Virus record (IMG/VR): IMGVR_UViG_3300017917_002838
Coordinates: 1-64,000 of that record
Direction: 5' to 3' (one strand)
DNA length: 64,000 nt
Origin: a virus
The notes under the pieces were generated by a model, which ran no database searches, was not told where the DNA came from, and was given only the letters and a program-made list of their open reading frames with translations. Of the stretch, positions 10,357 to 19,580 are shown piece by piece; positions within the stretch are counted from its first letter, which is position 1; each line of letters opens with the position of its first letter. The translations under genes were made by a program, and so were the position numbers.

Positions 10357-11106
10357 TTAAGACCAGTAAGTTACGCTACAATACCCAGAACCACCATTTG
10401 CTCCACCGTTGGAGCCTAAGTTCCAGCCACCACCAGAACCTCCACCACCTGTATTGGCTGTAACGTTTACAAAATTTCCTTGACCTGAACCACTGCTTCC
10501 TGGCATATAAGAACCACCACCGCCGCCACCAAAACCATTTACTCCAACACCAGATATGTTTGCTGCCGTTGAACTGGAGTATGTAATTCCTCCTCCGCCA
10601 CCAGAACTTCCAGTTCCACCAAGAATGCTTAAGGAAACAGAAGTTCCATTAGTTAAAGATATTGCAGATCCACCAGCACCGCCTCCGCCACCAGGTCTTT
10701 CAAAAGAAGTGGAAGCACCTCCTCCACCACCTGAGCCTCCATTACCTCCAGCCTGACTGGTACCGCCTCCAAATCCACCACCTTCTGCTATCAATAATGA
10801 ACCAAAAGAGGAATTGGAACCTTTTGAACCATTTGTATTTGTTCCGCCGCCAGAACCTCCTCCACCAATAGTTACAGTATAAGAAGCACCAGGGGTAACA
10901 GGTAGTGTTCTTTGTAAAACTGCACCTCCTCCTCCACCACCACCACTAAAATTTGTTTGCGCTCCACCACCGCCGCCACCTCCGGCTACAAGAAACACAT
11001 CGACAGTGGTGCAGTTAGATGGAACAGTAAATGTTCCGGTAGATGTAAACTCAGATACTTTCTGACTTAACCCACTAGATGGTAAAGGGAATACATTTAT
11101 CCCCAT
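10357..11106 (-). CDS. Glycine-rich virion (fibre/decoration) protein
   Basis: FTSTGTFTVP..VAGGGGGG...GGSG.C.V.YW. Confidence 0.65.
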   Translation of the reverse strand: MGINVFPLPSSGLSQKVSEFTSTGTFTVPSNCTTVDVFLVAGGGGGGGAQTNFSGGGGGGGAVLQRTLPVTPGASYTVTIGGGGSGGGTNTNGSKGSNSSFGSLLIAEGGGFGGGTSQAGGNGGSGGGGGASTSFERPGGGGGAGGSAISLTNGTSVSLSILGGTGSSGGGGGITYSSSTAANISGVGVNGFGGGGGGSYMPGSSGSGQGNFVNVTANTGGGGSGGGWNLGSNGGANGGSGYCSVTYWS

Positions 11107-11270
11107 TATAAGTTCTCCTCAGTAGTAATCATCTTAGAAGATTCCTCAGCATTTCTTAATTGAGCTGCTTCTTGATCTACTAAATATTTTTCGTATTCTT
11201 GATCATTCATTTCACGAGTTATTTCTTGTTGTGTAGCACAATCAAAAATTCCTATTAATGGTCTTGTCAT
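11106..11270 (-). CDS. Small putative fibre-assembly protein (54 aa)
   Basis: MTRPLIGIFDC..EITREM.D.EY, coupled to neighbours. Confidence 0.5.
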   Translation of the reverse strand: MTRPLIGIFDCATQQEITREMNDQEYEKYLVDQEAAQLRNAEESSKMITTEENL

Positions 11271-11827
11271 TTTGATCCCCAAATAAAAAGTCCTCTACCA
11301 GCCCCACCAGATGGATTTACATTTACTGTTGAACTATCTGCATAAAAATCAATGCTTGTAATTGGTGATGTACTAGCAAAATATCCTTCAACCTCTCCAG
11401 CATAATTACCTTCTGCTCCAGACCAACCTTTGAACAATTTATATTCTGTTGAAGAAGAATAATTTTCTATAGTCAAAATAAAACCATGATTGTAGGAATT
11501 ATAACTAACAGAAAATCTTATATCGTTTCTTGGAGATACTGATGGATCGGAATATAAACCACCAGTATTATTTGTTTGTAAAAACAAATAATTATAAATA
11601 CTTGATGTACTACCATTTAATCTTACTTGCATACCAGTAACTGACGCTGGTTGATAAAATCTTGGACACATAATTTTTAGTGTTTTATATGTTTGTGGAA
11701 TATTGTTAATTGAAAAAGCGGCATTAGCGCTGTTTGTTGTATATGAAGCTAATTGAGTCCAATTTGGCTGAGTAACTAAATCAGATGAAGATAGTCCAGT
11801 TGATGCTCCTAATAATGCTATGCCCAA
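11267..11827 (-). CDS. Putative virion fibre protein
   Basis: TTG start MGIA; IPQTYK.L, I.NYSS, ITSI motifs. Confidence 0.55.
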   Translation of the reverse strand: MGIALLGASTGLSSSDLVTQPNWTQLASYTTNSANAAFSINNIPQTYKTLKIMCPRFYQPASVTGMQVRLNGSTSSIYNYLFLQTNNTGGLYSDPSVSPRNDIRFSVSYNSYNHGFILTIENYSSSTEYKLFKGWSGAEGNYAGEVEGYFASTSPITSIDFYADSSTVNVNPSGGAGRGLFIWGSK

Positions 11828-11884
11828 TTTACACACTCCAAAATTATTTTATATATAACTATTATATCGTAGGATAATTCAAAG

Positions 11885-11957
11885 CTGGCGATCCAGGGCT
11901 CGAACCTGGGACATCAGAGTTAACAGCTCTGCGCTCTGCCGACTGAGCTAATCGCCA
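11885..11957 (-). tRNA. tRNA-Asn(GTT)
   Basis: TGGCGAT/ATCGCCA acceptor, CTGTTAA loop. Confidence 0.92.
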
Positions 11958-11962
11958 ATATA

Positions 11963-12190
11963 TTATTTAGGTGGGTTTTGTAAATTTTCTATAATTTGAT
12001 AAAGTTCCCAAACTGTATCTGATGAATCACAAGTTGCTATTCTTTCTTCTAATAAACTAATGATATATGCACGTTCATTTTTTCTAGCCTTTGTACAGCC
12101 ATTACAGGGACACTTCCAACTTCCCCATGAATGAGCAGCAGCAGACCCAATCTGATCTCTTACAGGCTTATCTACGCCCGATAAATCCAT
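11963..12190 (-). CDS. Hypothetical Cys-containing protein
   Basis: CPCNGC motif. Confidence 0.5.
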   Translation of the reverse strand: MDLSGVDKPVRDQIGSAAAHSWGSWKCPCNGCTKARKNERAYIISLLEERIATCDSSDTVWELYQIIENLQNPPK

Positions 12191-12228
12191 TGCTATCCAA
12201 TCTACTAAAAGTGCGCCGGAAGAAAGAA

Positions 12229-12345
12229 CTACCCCAACATGCTAAGTATAGATAAAATACTAAAAGTTGTAAAGAAACCAATTGCCATAGTTGCTAAAGA
12301 TACGCCCATAGCAATTACCATAATCCAGAAAATCTTATCTAACAT
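12229..12345 (-). CDS. Small membrane protein (38 aa)
   Basis: MLDKIFWIMVIAMGVSLATMAIGFF..., read manually. Confidence 0.45.
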   Translation of the reverse strand: MLDKIFWIMVIAMGVSLATMAIGFFTTFSILSILSMLG

Positions 12346-12362
12346 AATATTATAATTATACC

Positions 12363-12479
12363 CTATTTGTGGCATGAACACTCGCATGCCCTTGGATTCT
12401 TATTCCAATCAATATATGAGACCCTACATTGATCATGTAAGCCATCCATACACCACCCAAATAATATTCTTCTATCCAC
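12363..12479 (-). CDS. Small Cys/His-rich protein (38 aa)
   Basis: GWC.DG.HDQC...CECSCH, read manually, GTG start. Confidence 0.5.
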   Translation of the reverse strand: MDRRILFGWCMDGLHDQCRVSYIDWNKNPRACECSCHK

Positions 12480-12562
12480 CGATGTATATTACAATAAAAT
12501 AAAAAAATGGTCAACTACTTTTTATTGAATTGAAAAAGTGCGCCGACGACAGAAGAACCCAT

Positions 12563-12592
12563 TTGACATCTTAAATTTTATAATGTTATACT
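12563..12592 (+). promoter_or_regulatory. Consensus sigma-70/sigA-type promoter facing a non-coding G-tract region
   Basis: TTGACA-N18-TATACT with TGn extension. Confidence 0.6.
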
Positions 12593-12724
12593 AATCTCGG
12601 TTTGTGGGGGCTTACACTGTTAACTCAAATGTACCAGATGTAACCTTCTCTATCTTTCCAAGAAGATTTTTAAACTTGGGGGGTAGGGGGGCTTTCCTAA
12701 AAATCTAAATCCCCAGATGGTAAA

Positions 12725-13291
12725 TTAAAACATATTATCTATATGATCTAATATTCTAACCATATATTCTTTTTTAAGATGTAAAGTATCTATAGTATCT
12801 TCTGGATCAAGATGATCATTTGGAAGTATATGTTTATAAGATATTACTTTAGCCCCAAATAGTCTAAGATATTGTGAAAATAAAGAAGCCATAGCTATTC
12901 TATCTTCAAGGGAACCTACTGTTGGAAATTTACACTCTATTACTTGAGGTATGGGTTCAAGAAAATATACAGTTTTCCCGCCAAAAAATTTTTCACAATG
13001 CTTTATAAGTTTCATAGCTACAAAATCAGGATTTCCCTTATCATATAAATGATTTCTAATATCATTATCACCTAACCAGATAATAACAACATCATATTCT
13101 TCAGGTATCTGAAATTCACTATAATTGGTATCCCACGCCATTTTTGCATGTTTCCAAACAAGATAAAATTCATTCTTTCTGACAAAGTGTGCAGAATCTA
13201 AATTTTTTGTTCCATACTCAATATCTGACTTTGGATCATCTGGATTTAAAAATCCTTGGGTATGTGAATCTCCAACTATTAATATCTTCAT
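12725..13291 (-). CDS. SGNH/GDSL hydrolase-like protein
   Basis: GDSH, GxND, DxxH. Confidence 0.7.
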   Translation of the reverse strand: MKILIVGDSHTQGFLNPDDPKSDIEYGTKNLDSAHFVRKNEFYLVWKHAKMAWDTNYSEFQIPEEYDVVIIWLGDNDIRNHLYDKGNPDFVAMKLIKHCEKFFGGKTVYFLEPIPQVIECKFPTVGSLEDRIAMASLFSQYLRLFGAKVISYKHILPNDHLDPEDTIDTLHLKKEYMVRILDHIDNMF

Positions 13292-13300
13292 AACCTAATT

Positions 13301-13690
13301 TTAAAAGCTTCTGTCTTCTATTACAAATCCATTTTCTCGATCAAATAATACCCATTCAATATCTACGATATCAAAGGTAGATCTAAGTGATTCCATTACC
13401 TTATTTAGGTCTAAATATCCACAAGTATATAGATCAAATTGAAGCAAAGCAGGTTCTGGCTCATCCCAGATATGAAAAGCTATATGGCTTGTTTCGATCA
13501 TCACTATTGCTGTTAACCCGCGATTTCCTGGAACTTCTACATATGATGCAAATGGTCCTTGTATAATCTTCATATTAATCTGGTCGACTAGATTTTTTAA
13601 GAATTCTATTCCACCTTCTTGTGTAGCAAGTGGATTATTTACTTTGGCATTTACCAATAAATGCTTATGATATATTGTAGCTGTTGTCAT
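13301..13690 (-). CDS. speD: S-adenosylmethionine decarboxylase proenzyme-like
   Basis: H..V, G.TA...IETSHI.FH.W, D.YTCG. Confidence 0.78.
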   Translation of the reverse strand: MTTATIYHKHLLVNAKVNNPLATQEGGIEFLKNLVDQINMKIIQGPFASYVEVPGNRGLTAIVMIETSHIAFHIWDEPEPALLQFDLYTCGYLDLNKVMESLRSTFDIVDIEWVLFDRENGFVIEDRSF

Positions 13691-13734
13691 ATCCCGCCCT
13701 TTCTTGACGTGAAAAATAATTATAGCATTATAGA

Positions 13735-13750
13735 TGTTTCATGTGAAACA
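13735..13750. promoter_or_regulatory. parS-like ParB site
   Basis: TGTTTCATGTGAAACA, 15/16 match to TGTTTCACGTGAAACA, within a 20-bp near-palindrome. Confidence 0.7.
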
Positions 13751-14005
13751 TCGATCTATATTCTAGTCGACTATAATATTCATTTTTAGAAAATGTTAAT
13801 ATATTTTTTATTTGTATGATACCATCCCTGTAAAGCGTGTCCGAATTGGGTAGTGCGCCCATATTGCCCTTTTATTTTGTGAGCCATATCACAAAAAAAG
13901 ATTTCAATTTATACCATATGCCCGAATTTCAGACTTGCGCTTGTCGGGGGTCTATGGTTCACTTAATACATGAACAAGGGACAAGGACTAGAGAAAGGAA
14001 AGAAT

Positions 14006-14369
14006 ATGAAAATCGAAATCCTAAAACCTAAATGCCAAACCTGCGGGTATATCCCAATGGAATCTTGGGATAGAATCTGCCCAAGAGATAAATCGGTAAT
14101 GCGTACCGAATTAGTAGAATTGGAGATGAACTAATGAACACAATTCAATGGATAGGCGCATATTGTGAGGAAGGTTGCCCTGATGAGGCTACCGCTTGCC
14201 TTCTATGCGTAGAAGGTAACGACATCAACGGATACTACGATGAGGAGATGAACTAATGAGCAATATCAAGCGCTACTTAGAAGAAATAGAAGGCGAATCT
14301 TTTAATGAGGCTATGGAGGCCTTGTTAGCCTTCTATCGTCAAGAGCAACTAGAGAAAGAGGGAAAATAA
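14006..14369 (+). CDS. Three coupled mini-ORFs (14006-14134 Zn-ribbon-like; 14134-14256 Cys/acidic; 14256-14369)
   Basis: RBSs and TAATG overlaps, read manually. Confidence 0.6.
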
Positions 14370-14582
14370 ATGAGCGCAACAATTCTTAGTAAATCTAATT
14401 TACTACTAGGCAAGACCTACGAATCAAAGAGAGGGTCAGGTGTTATCGCGGAGGTAACGAATAGCAGACACTATTCACCGCAAGGAACCTCTTATGTAGT
14501 AAGAGTAGAGCAACAAGACGGCGGGGTATTCTTTGCGACAGTAGTAATAGCCGACAATGACGAACTATGGGAGGAGATGTAA
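14370..14582 (+). CDS. Hypothetical small beta-barrel-like protein, paralog of 15535-15744
   Basis: LL.GK.Y...RGSG.I.E...Y.VRV...F.ATV shared. Confidence 0.65.
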   Translation: MSATILSKSNLLLGKTYESKRGSGVIAEVTNSRHYSPQGTSYVVRVEQQDGGVFFATVVIADNDELWEEM

Positions 14583-14584
14583 AT

Positions 14585-14770
14585 ATGTATTCTTTCGATA
14601 ACAATTCACTACTAGATAAGTACGCAACAATTCAGGAGGACGTGTTCGATATGTATAACTATGTAGAAGATGTAGAAGATGAAGAATCAGCGTTAGATTT
14701 TTTCAATGATTCAGACATTGAGGAAGAACAGTTAGACTGGGATGATGTAACTGATTCGATGTTCTTCTAA
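14585..14770 (+). CDS. Highly acidic mini-protein
   Basis: D/E- and aromatic-rich; GGAG RBS. Confidence 0.6.
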   Translation: MYSFDNNSLLDKYATIQEDVFDMYNYVEDVEDEESALDFFNDSDIEEEQLDWDDVTDSMFF

Positions 14771-14811
14771 TAACTAAATAAATAACTAACTACTAACGAA
14801 AGGTAATAACA

Positions 14812-14982
14812 ATGAACAATGGATTCTTAGATATAACGCTAGATAACTGGGGAGTATCTTTCTCTACCGCCCCGTACTACTTTTCCGTATCGTGGGGAGG
14901 CGTAGCGCTTGCCGTAGCCGTAGCCGTAGGCTGGAGGGTGTATCGCCACTTTAGACCCACTAAGCCCTTCTCTTTACTCTAA
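14812..14982 (+). CDS. Small membrane protein (56 aa)
   Basis: GAAAGG RBS; hydrophobic VALAVAVAVGW followed by basic tail. Confidence 0.55.
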   Translation: MNNGFLDITLDNWGVSFSTAPYYFSVSWGGVALAVAVAVGWRVYRHFRPTKPFSLL

Positions 14983-15169
14983 GAGATAACCCATAACCTG
15001 CCACCCGAAAGGGTGGCAAGGCTAAGGGCTAAGGGCTGGGGGGCTCGGTGGATCGCTTACGGGAAATGGTACGATACTCACGGGCAGCTAGCGCCCCCCT
15101 GTAGGTGCGGACTAAATTATTGATTTATGAAGAAGTAAATAAGATCCCTGGCCCGCAGAATAGGGGGCG

Positions 15170-15223
15170 TTTTCCACAGGCTTACGCACAGGTGTGGATA
15201 ACCCTCGAGAAATCTGTGGATAA
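15170..15223. promoter_or_regulatory. DnaA-box cluster
   Basis: TTTTCCACA 15170, TTACGCACA 15182, TGTGGATAA 15193 and 15215. Confidence 0.75.
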
Positions 15224-15534
15224 GCTACGGCGTGTCGCCCACACCGCAAATGTCCGATTTCTCCCAATCCTGCTTACGGGAGTGTCGTAGATCCACTTTG
15301 AAATAGGTGTAAATTTACAGGTTTTTTATTGGGTTTTTTAACACTTAAATTATTGCTATTTTTTACCTATCAAAAAAGCCCAATATTTTCGTGTAACGCA
15401 TTCGGGCGTGTCGAAGGCATGTGAGGCGTATCACAAATTATTTTTCAAGATGCCCGAATTATACGCATTTCTAATTTGATTTTGTCGGTGCGTTCGTGTA
15501 TCTTTGGTATTAGTCAATTAGAAAGAAGGTTCAA

Positions 15535-15744
15535 ATGTCCGCTCTCACATTTTCTCACAAAGGTTTGCTCGTTGGCAAATTCTACCAAGGTTCTCGCGGG
15601 TCTGGAATTATCCAGGAAGCCCAAGATTCAGAGGCTTGGTATGGCAGAGGAATTTCTGCCTATAAAGTTCGCGTTCGTCCTGATTACAAGGGTGATGGAA
15701 TTTATCTCGAAGATTTCTGGGCAACAGTTGCCGTAGAATGTTAG
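15535..15744 (+). CDS. Hypothetical protein, paralog of 14370-14582
   Basis: GAAGG RBS, own promoter. Confidence 0.65.
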   Translation: MSALTFSHKGLLVGKFYQGSRGSGIIQEAQDSEAWYGRGISAYKVRVRPDYKGDGIYLEDFWATVAVEC

Positions 15745-15866
15745 GGGATAACTAACCGAAACGGGGGCAGTTTCGAGAGTGTTCTCGCCCAACGTCGTAA
15801 GTAATAACTCTCACCATTTTTGTCAGCGCCAGATGATACAATTCAGAAATAAACGAAAGGGAAAAA

Positions 15867-16671
15867 ATGAGCCAGATGAAATTATCGTTAGAAAATTTTG
15901 ACGAAATGCTAAACGAAGTTTATGGAGAAATAAATGTTGCGGGCAGTATTTTCACCGCTTCAGATATTCTTAAAAATTGCGATTCTATTGCTTATAGTGT
16001 TTATGCCGCAGATTATTTAAGTTTTGATGAAGAAGAAGGGGAATAAAATGAAAAAATATAAAGTAACCTATGAAACTTTTGTAGAGGCTGAAGATAATCT
16101 TCGTGCCATGTTCAAGGCTAATCATAAATTAGACCCGCTTGGAGATGTTCAGTTTCAGTTTGATGTTGTAGATGTTGAAGAGGTATAAAATGGCAGAGAT
16201 GGAATTTTTTCGTATGGATAGCGAGGGAGCGGGCTGGCTACCGCTCTCTCAAATGAGTAAAGATGAATTTGATGAATTAGAAAAATCAGTTGCGTTTGAG
16301 TTAGAATTTTCCAAATACTTTAGATAAGGGAGAAATAAAAATGGGTAATTTATTAGATGTTATCGGTATCGAATGTATTACATGCGGAACTGCCGGATTT
16401 GTTTTCTATGGTGATGAAGGTATAACAGTTATGCCTTGCGAGTGTGAGGAATAAAAAATGTACACGTTTATAGTTGTATCACTTTCAGTTATTGCTACTC
16501 TAATTGGAGTAGCATTAGCAATTGTATTTTTTGATTTGGAAGAAAATGAAAATTCATAAAAGCATAGTTACAAAGGTTCAAGAGTTGCGTAGAAGTAATG
16601 CAGCTACACCGATCCCGTCTAAAAAAATTTATTCACGAAAGAAAAAACATAGGTTAAAAAAAGAGGAATAA
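15867..16671 (+). CDS. Six mini-ORFs (15867-16046, 16048-16188, 16190-16327, 16341-16454, 16458-16559 membrane, 16546-16671 basic)
   Basis: Tightly packed with purine-rich RBSs, read manually. Confidence 0.6.
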
Positions 16672-16816
16672 ATTCGTGTAACGTAGTCGGGCGTGTCGCG
16701 GCCCCCGCGGGCTTAAAGACTTTGTTACGGAGATCACATTAATTTCACGGGTCTAGGAGTTGCCAATGTCAGTGGCCTGTGTTATCGTTCTCTTACCTGC
16801 TACGAAAGGACTCCAA

Positions 16817-16957
16817 ATGGACGATTTATCTGCTGACCTCTATGGCGACTGGTTCGAGGCTGAGGAATACTCAACCGACGAAGAATATGAGGAGTGGGTC
16901 GATACCGACCTATTCTATGACAATGAACCACCGGCTGATGATATGTGGGGCTTTTAG
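16817..16957 (+). CDS. Highly acidic mini-protein (46 aa)
   Basis: GAAAGGA RBS, own promoter. Confidence 0.65.
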   Translation: MDDLSADLYGDWFEAEEYSTDEEYEEWVDTDLFYDNEPPADDMWGF

Positions 16958-17078
16958 CCCCACTAGGGCCCCGGCGGGCCCCAGTGTGTTGTTACGACAC
17001 GAAAATATTTTAGCCATAAACTTGCGAATGTCGGTTGTTTCTGCTATGGTTCTACCACCAACTACGAAAGGGCCAAAA

Positions 17079-17222
17079 ATGGAAATTTACAACGGCGGCG
17101 AACTCATCGATTTCTCCAACGAGGAGTATTTTGAGGGCATCATCTTTGCTGATGAATGCGATGCGGAGGAGGCTTATTTTGAGTCTCTATGGCTCGAGGA
17201 CCAAGAACAGGAGTGGATATAA
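17079..17222 (+). CDS. Highly acidic mini-protein (47 aa)
   Basis: GAAAGGG RBS, own promoter. Confidence 0.65.
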   Translation: MEIYNGGELIDFSNEEYFEGIIFADECDAEEAYFESLWLEDQEQEWI

Positions 17223-17343
17223 GCCCCTCTGGGGCCCCCGTGGGCTTTTTAATCTTGTTACGGGCATGTGATAATTATCACCGATCTGCAGCTATATTTT
17301 GTCGGTGGCCTCATGTATAATCTAGACTAAGAAAAGGGGAACC

Positions 17344-18060
17344 ATGAAACTAAAACGCTCTAACGATAGGAAGGTAACCAATGCCGTCTCCAAGAATGGA
17401 AAAACACCCGCTATTGCTAATACTTTTGGGCTACCTGCTGGGAAGGATTTCTCATGTCCTGGCGCTACTAGCATCTGCGAAAGTGTCTGCTATGCAGGAA
17501 AACTCGAAAAACTCTACAAGGGAGTAAAAGCCGTACTACTGCATAACTGGGAATTGTTACGCAATGCAGATATGGATACCATGCTACTTTTGATTGATGA
17601 GATGATTGTTGACTTTATTGCAGATTGTGAAAAGAAAAATGCGCCTAAACTCTTCCGTATACACTGGGACGGTGATTTCTTTAATGAAACATATACACAC
17701 GCATGGAGACTAGTAATCATGAACCATCCAGACGTAAAATTCTGGGTCTATACTCGCGTAAAATCTTCTGCCGAGATTCTTCAAGGCTTAGAGAATTTAT
17801 CAGTTTACTATTCTACCGATTCTGAGAATAAAGAAACCGCTCAAGAATTATCTGGTAAAGGCGTAAAACTTGCATACCTTGCAACTACTTTTGCAATGGC
17901 TAAAGAAGATATGCTAAATCTAATTGGAAAATCAGGCGTTAAGTGTCCTGAGAATAATAAAAAGATACCGCTTATTTCTGTAAATGGTTCTGCATGCGTT
18001 ACATGTGGGCAATGCGTATATGAAAGAAACGATATTCTTTTCTCCGCTACTAAAAAATAA
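17344..18060 (+). CDS. GP88-like (radical-SAM-related) protein
   Basis: CPGA..C...CYA, RIH..GDF, YT, C-terminal C..C..C. Confidence 0.7.
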   Translation: MKLKRSNDRKVTNAVSKNGKTPAIANTFGLPAGKDFSCPGATSICESVCYAGKLEKLYKGVKAVLLHNWELLRNADMDTMLLLIDEMIVDFIADCEKKNAPKLFRIHWDGDFFNETYTHAWRLVIMNHPDVKFWVYTRVKSSAEILQGLENLSVYYSTDSENKETAQELSGKGVKLAYLATTFAMAKEDMLNLIGKSGVKCPENNKKIPLISVNGSACVTCGQCVYERNDILFSATKK

Positions 18061-18249
18061 AATAACAAAAACAGTTTTCAATTTCAGTTTTTGATCTTGA
18101 AAATATTTTCAATTTGAAAATTGGGCCCCCATGGGCATTTTGTACCTTTTAAGGCGTGAGATTTATCACACCCGGAAACTGCATCTTGGATTATGCCATG
18201 TCAGTATTAGATGATATAATTTTCGCACAAACAACAAGAAGGGGAAACA

Positions 18250-18543
18250 ATGAAACAACCAACACTACAAGAACTACTAGACGCATGCTCCGATTCTATC
18301 GTTGCTGATGAAATTACAAACGAGGCAAAGACTCTAATCGCAACTCTTCAAGGTTCAGATAATCGTAATCAAATTATCTCAGAATTATTCGAGTATTCTT
18401 CTAGCCTTGCTTCTATGGTACTTACAAATGTACTTCATGTGTTATACACGCACGAACAAGTACAAGAACTAATCAAAGCGCAAGAACAGGCTATGGCCGA
18501 TGAACTAACAAATGAAATATCACAATTCTTAGGGGGTAAATAA
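18250..18543 (+). CDS. Hypothetical protein
   Basis: RBS and own promoter. Confidence 0.65.
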   Translation: MKQPTLQELLDACSDSIVADEITNEAKTLIATLQGSDNRNQIISELFEYSSSLASMVLTNVLHVLYTHEQVQELIKAQEQAMADELTNEISQFLGGK

Positions 18544-18544
18544 T

Positions 18545-18859
18545 ATGGGAAGAAATTTTGCAGAGGCATTATCAAACGTTGAAGGATTAGATATTGAGGA
18601 TGCAATTGCTATGCATCTTCAGTCTAATCACTATCCACCAATTCCAGTTGAAATGGTGACACCATGCATCCAGGCTATTGCTTGCTATAACAATGAATTT
18701 GATATGGATTTGCCTATTGCTCTACCCGAAATTGACGGATTCCAGGTAACTTACAAAGGCAGAACAACTGCACCTGCATGGTCAATTATTGAACAGCATC
18801 ATCTGCATCCATGGCTATATGATTACTATAATGATTATCCAGAAGAGGATGAGGACTAA
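18545..18859 (+). CDS. Hypothetical protein
   Basis: HL.SNHYPP.P, HHL..W. Confidence 0.65.
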   Translation: MGRNFAEALSNVEGLDIEDAIAMHLQSNHYPPIPVEMVTPCIQAIACYNNEFDMDLPIALPEIDGFQVTYKGRTTAPAWSIIEQHHLHPWLYDYYNDYPEEDED

Positions 18860-19079
18860 TGGCAATTTGCGTATCATGTGACGAACAAGGCACTCACGAA
18901 ATTATTGCCAATTCTTTTTATCTTTCAGGAACTTGGTATTGTTGTGCGTGTCTTGGACAATGTAATTGTGAGGATGAAAGCTGATGAAATGTTGGAGTTG
19001 TGATCAAATAATTGATCAAGAAATGGAGGGCTATCACCTGGTTGATGGCTCTCCAACTTGTTGTGAGTGTGAGGACTAA
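18859..19079 (+). CDS. Two Cys-rich mini-ORFs (18859-18984, 18984-19079)
   Basis: CxxC pairs, coupled starts and stops. Confidence 0.55.
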
Positions 19080-19173
19080 GGCCCCCGTGGGCCTAAAAGA
19101 TCTCTTACGACACGATTTGATTAATGTCGGTGCCTTGGTATATAATTCTACTAACTTAAAAGAAAGGGAAAAA

Positions 19174-19425
19174 ATGCTAGATACAACTAACTGGGCAAGA
19201 TACGAGTTTACTATTGGAGGTCTTACTTTTGTTTCGCTTGTAAATCAAGCAGGTACAATTTATCCAAAAGTTTCTATGCTTCCAAGACCAGTTCTTGATG
19301 ACATTAATCGACAAGCAATTCTAAGTTTAGTTGGTAATGTTGAATTTATGACTAGAACAGAAATCCAAGAAAAACTTGCTGAGGCAAACGAGTTCGCAAG
19401 CCAAGCGTTGCTTGAACTGGTCTAA
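19174..19425 (+). CDS. Hypothetical protein
   Basis: GAAAGGG RBS. Confidence 0.65.
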   Translation: MLDTTNWARYEFTIGGLTFVSLVNQAGTIYPKVSMLPRPVLDDINRQAILSLVGNVEFMTRTEIQEKLAEANEFASQALLELV

Positions 19426-19580
19426 TTAATAATAGATAGCGGGTACTTCCCCACCCGCTATCGCCCCCGTGGGCCCAACAACACGCTTACGATCATGTGA
19501 AATTTATCACAGCTTTTGAGCTTGATCTATGTCGGTGGCCTATGCTAGAATATGCTCACAACAAAATAAGGAGGCTAAAA

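Noticed and set aside
15105-15290. ORF over the DnaA-box cluster (likewise 13837-14031 and 27070-27270)
   Set aside because: No RBS and coincides with dense regulatory motifs; probably non-coding.
18077-18122. AT-rich palindromes such as TTGAAAATATTTTCAA
   Set aside because: Single locus of low complexity; could be a terminator or chance.
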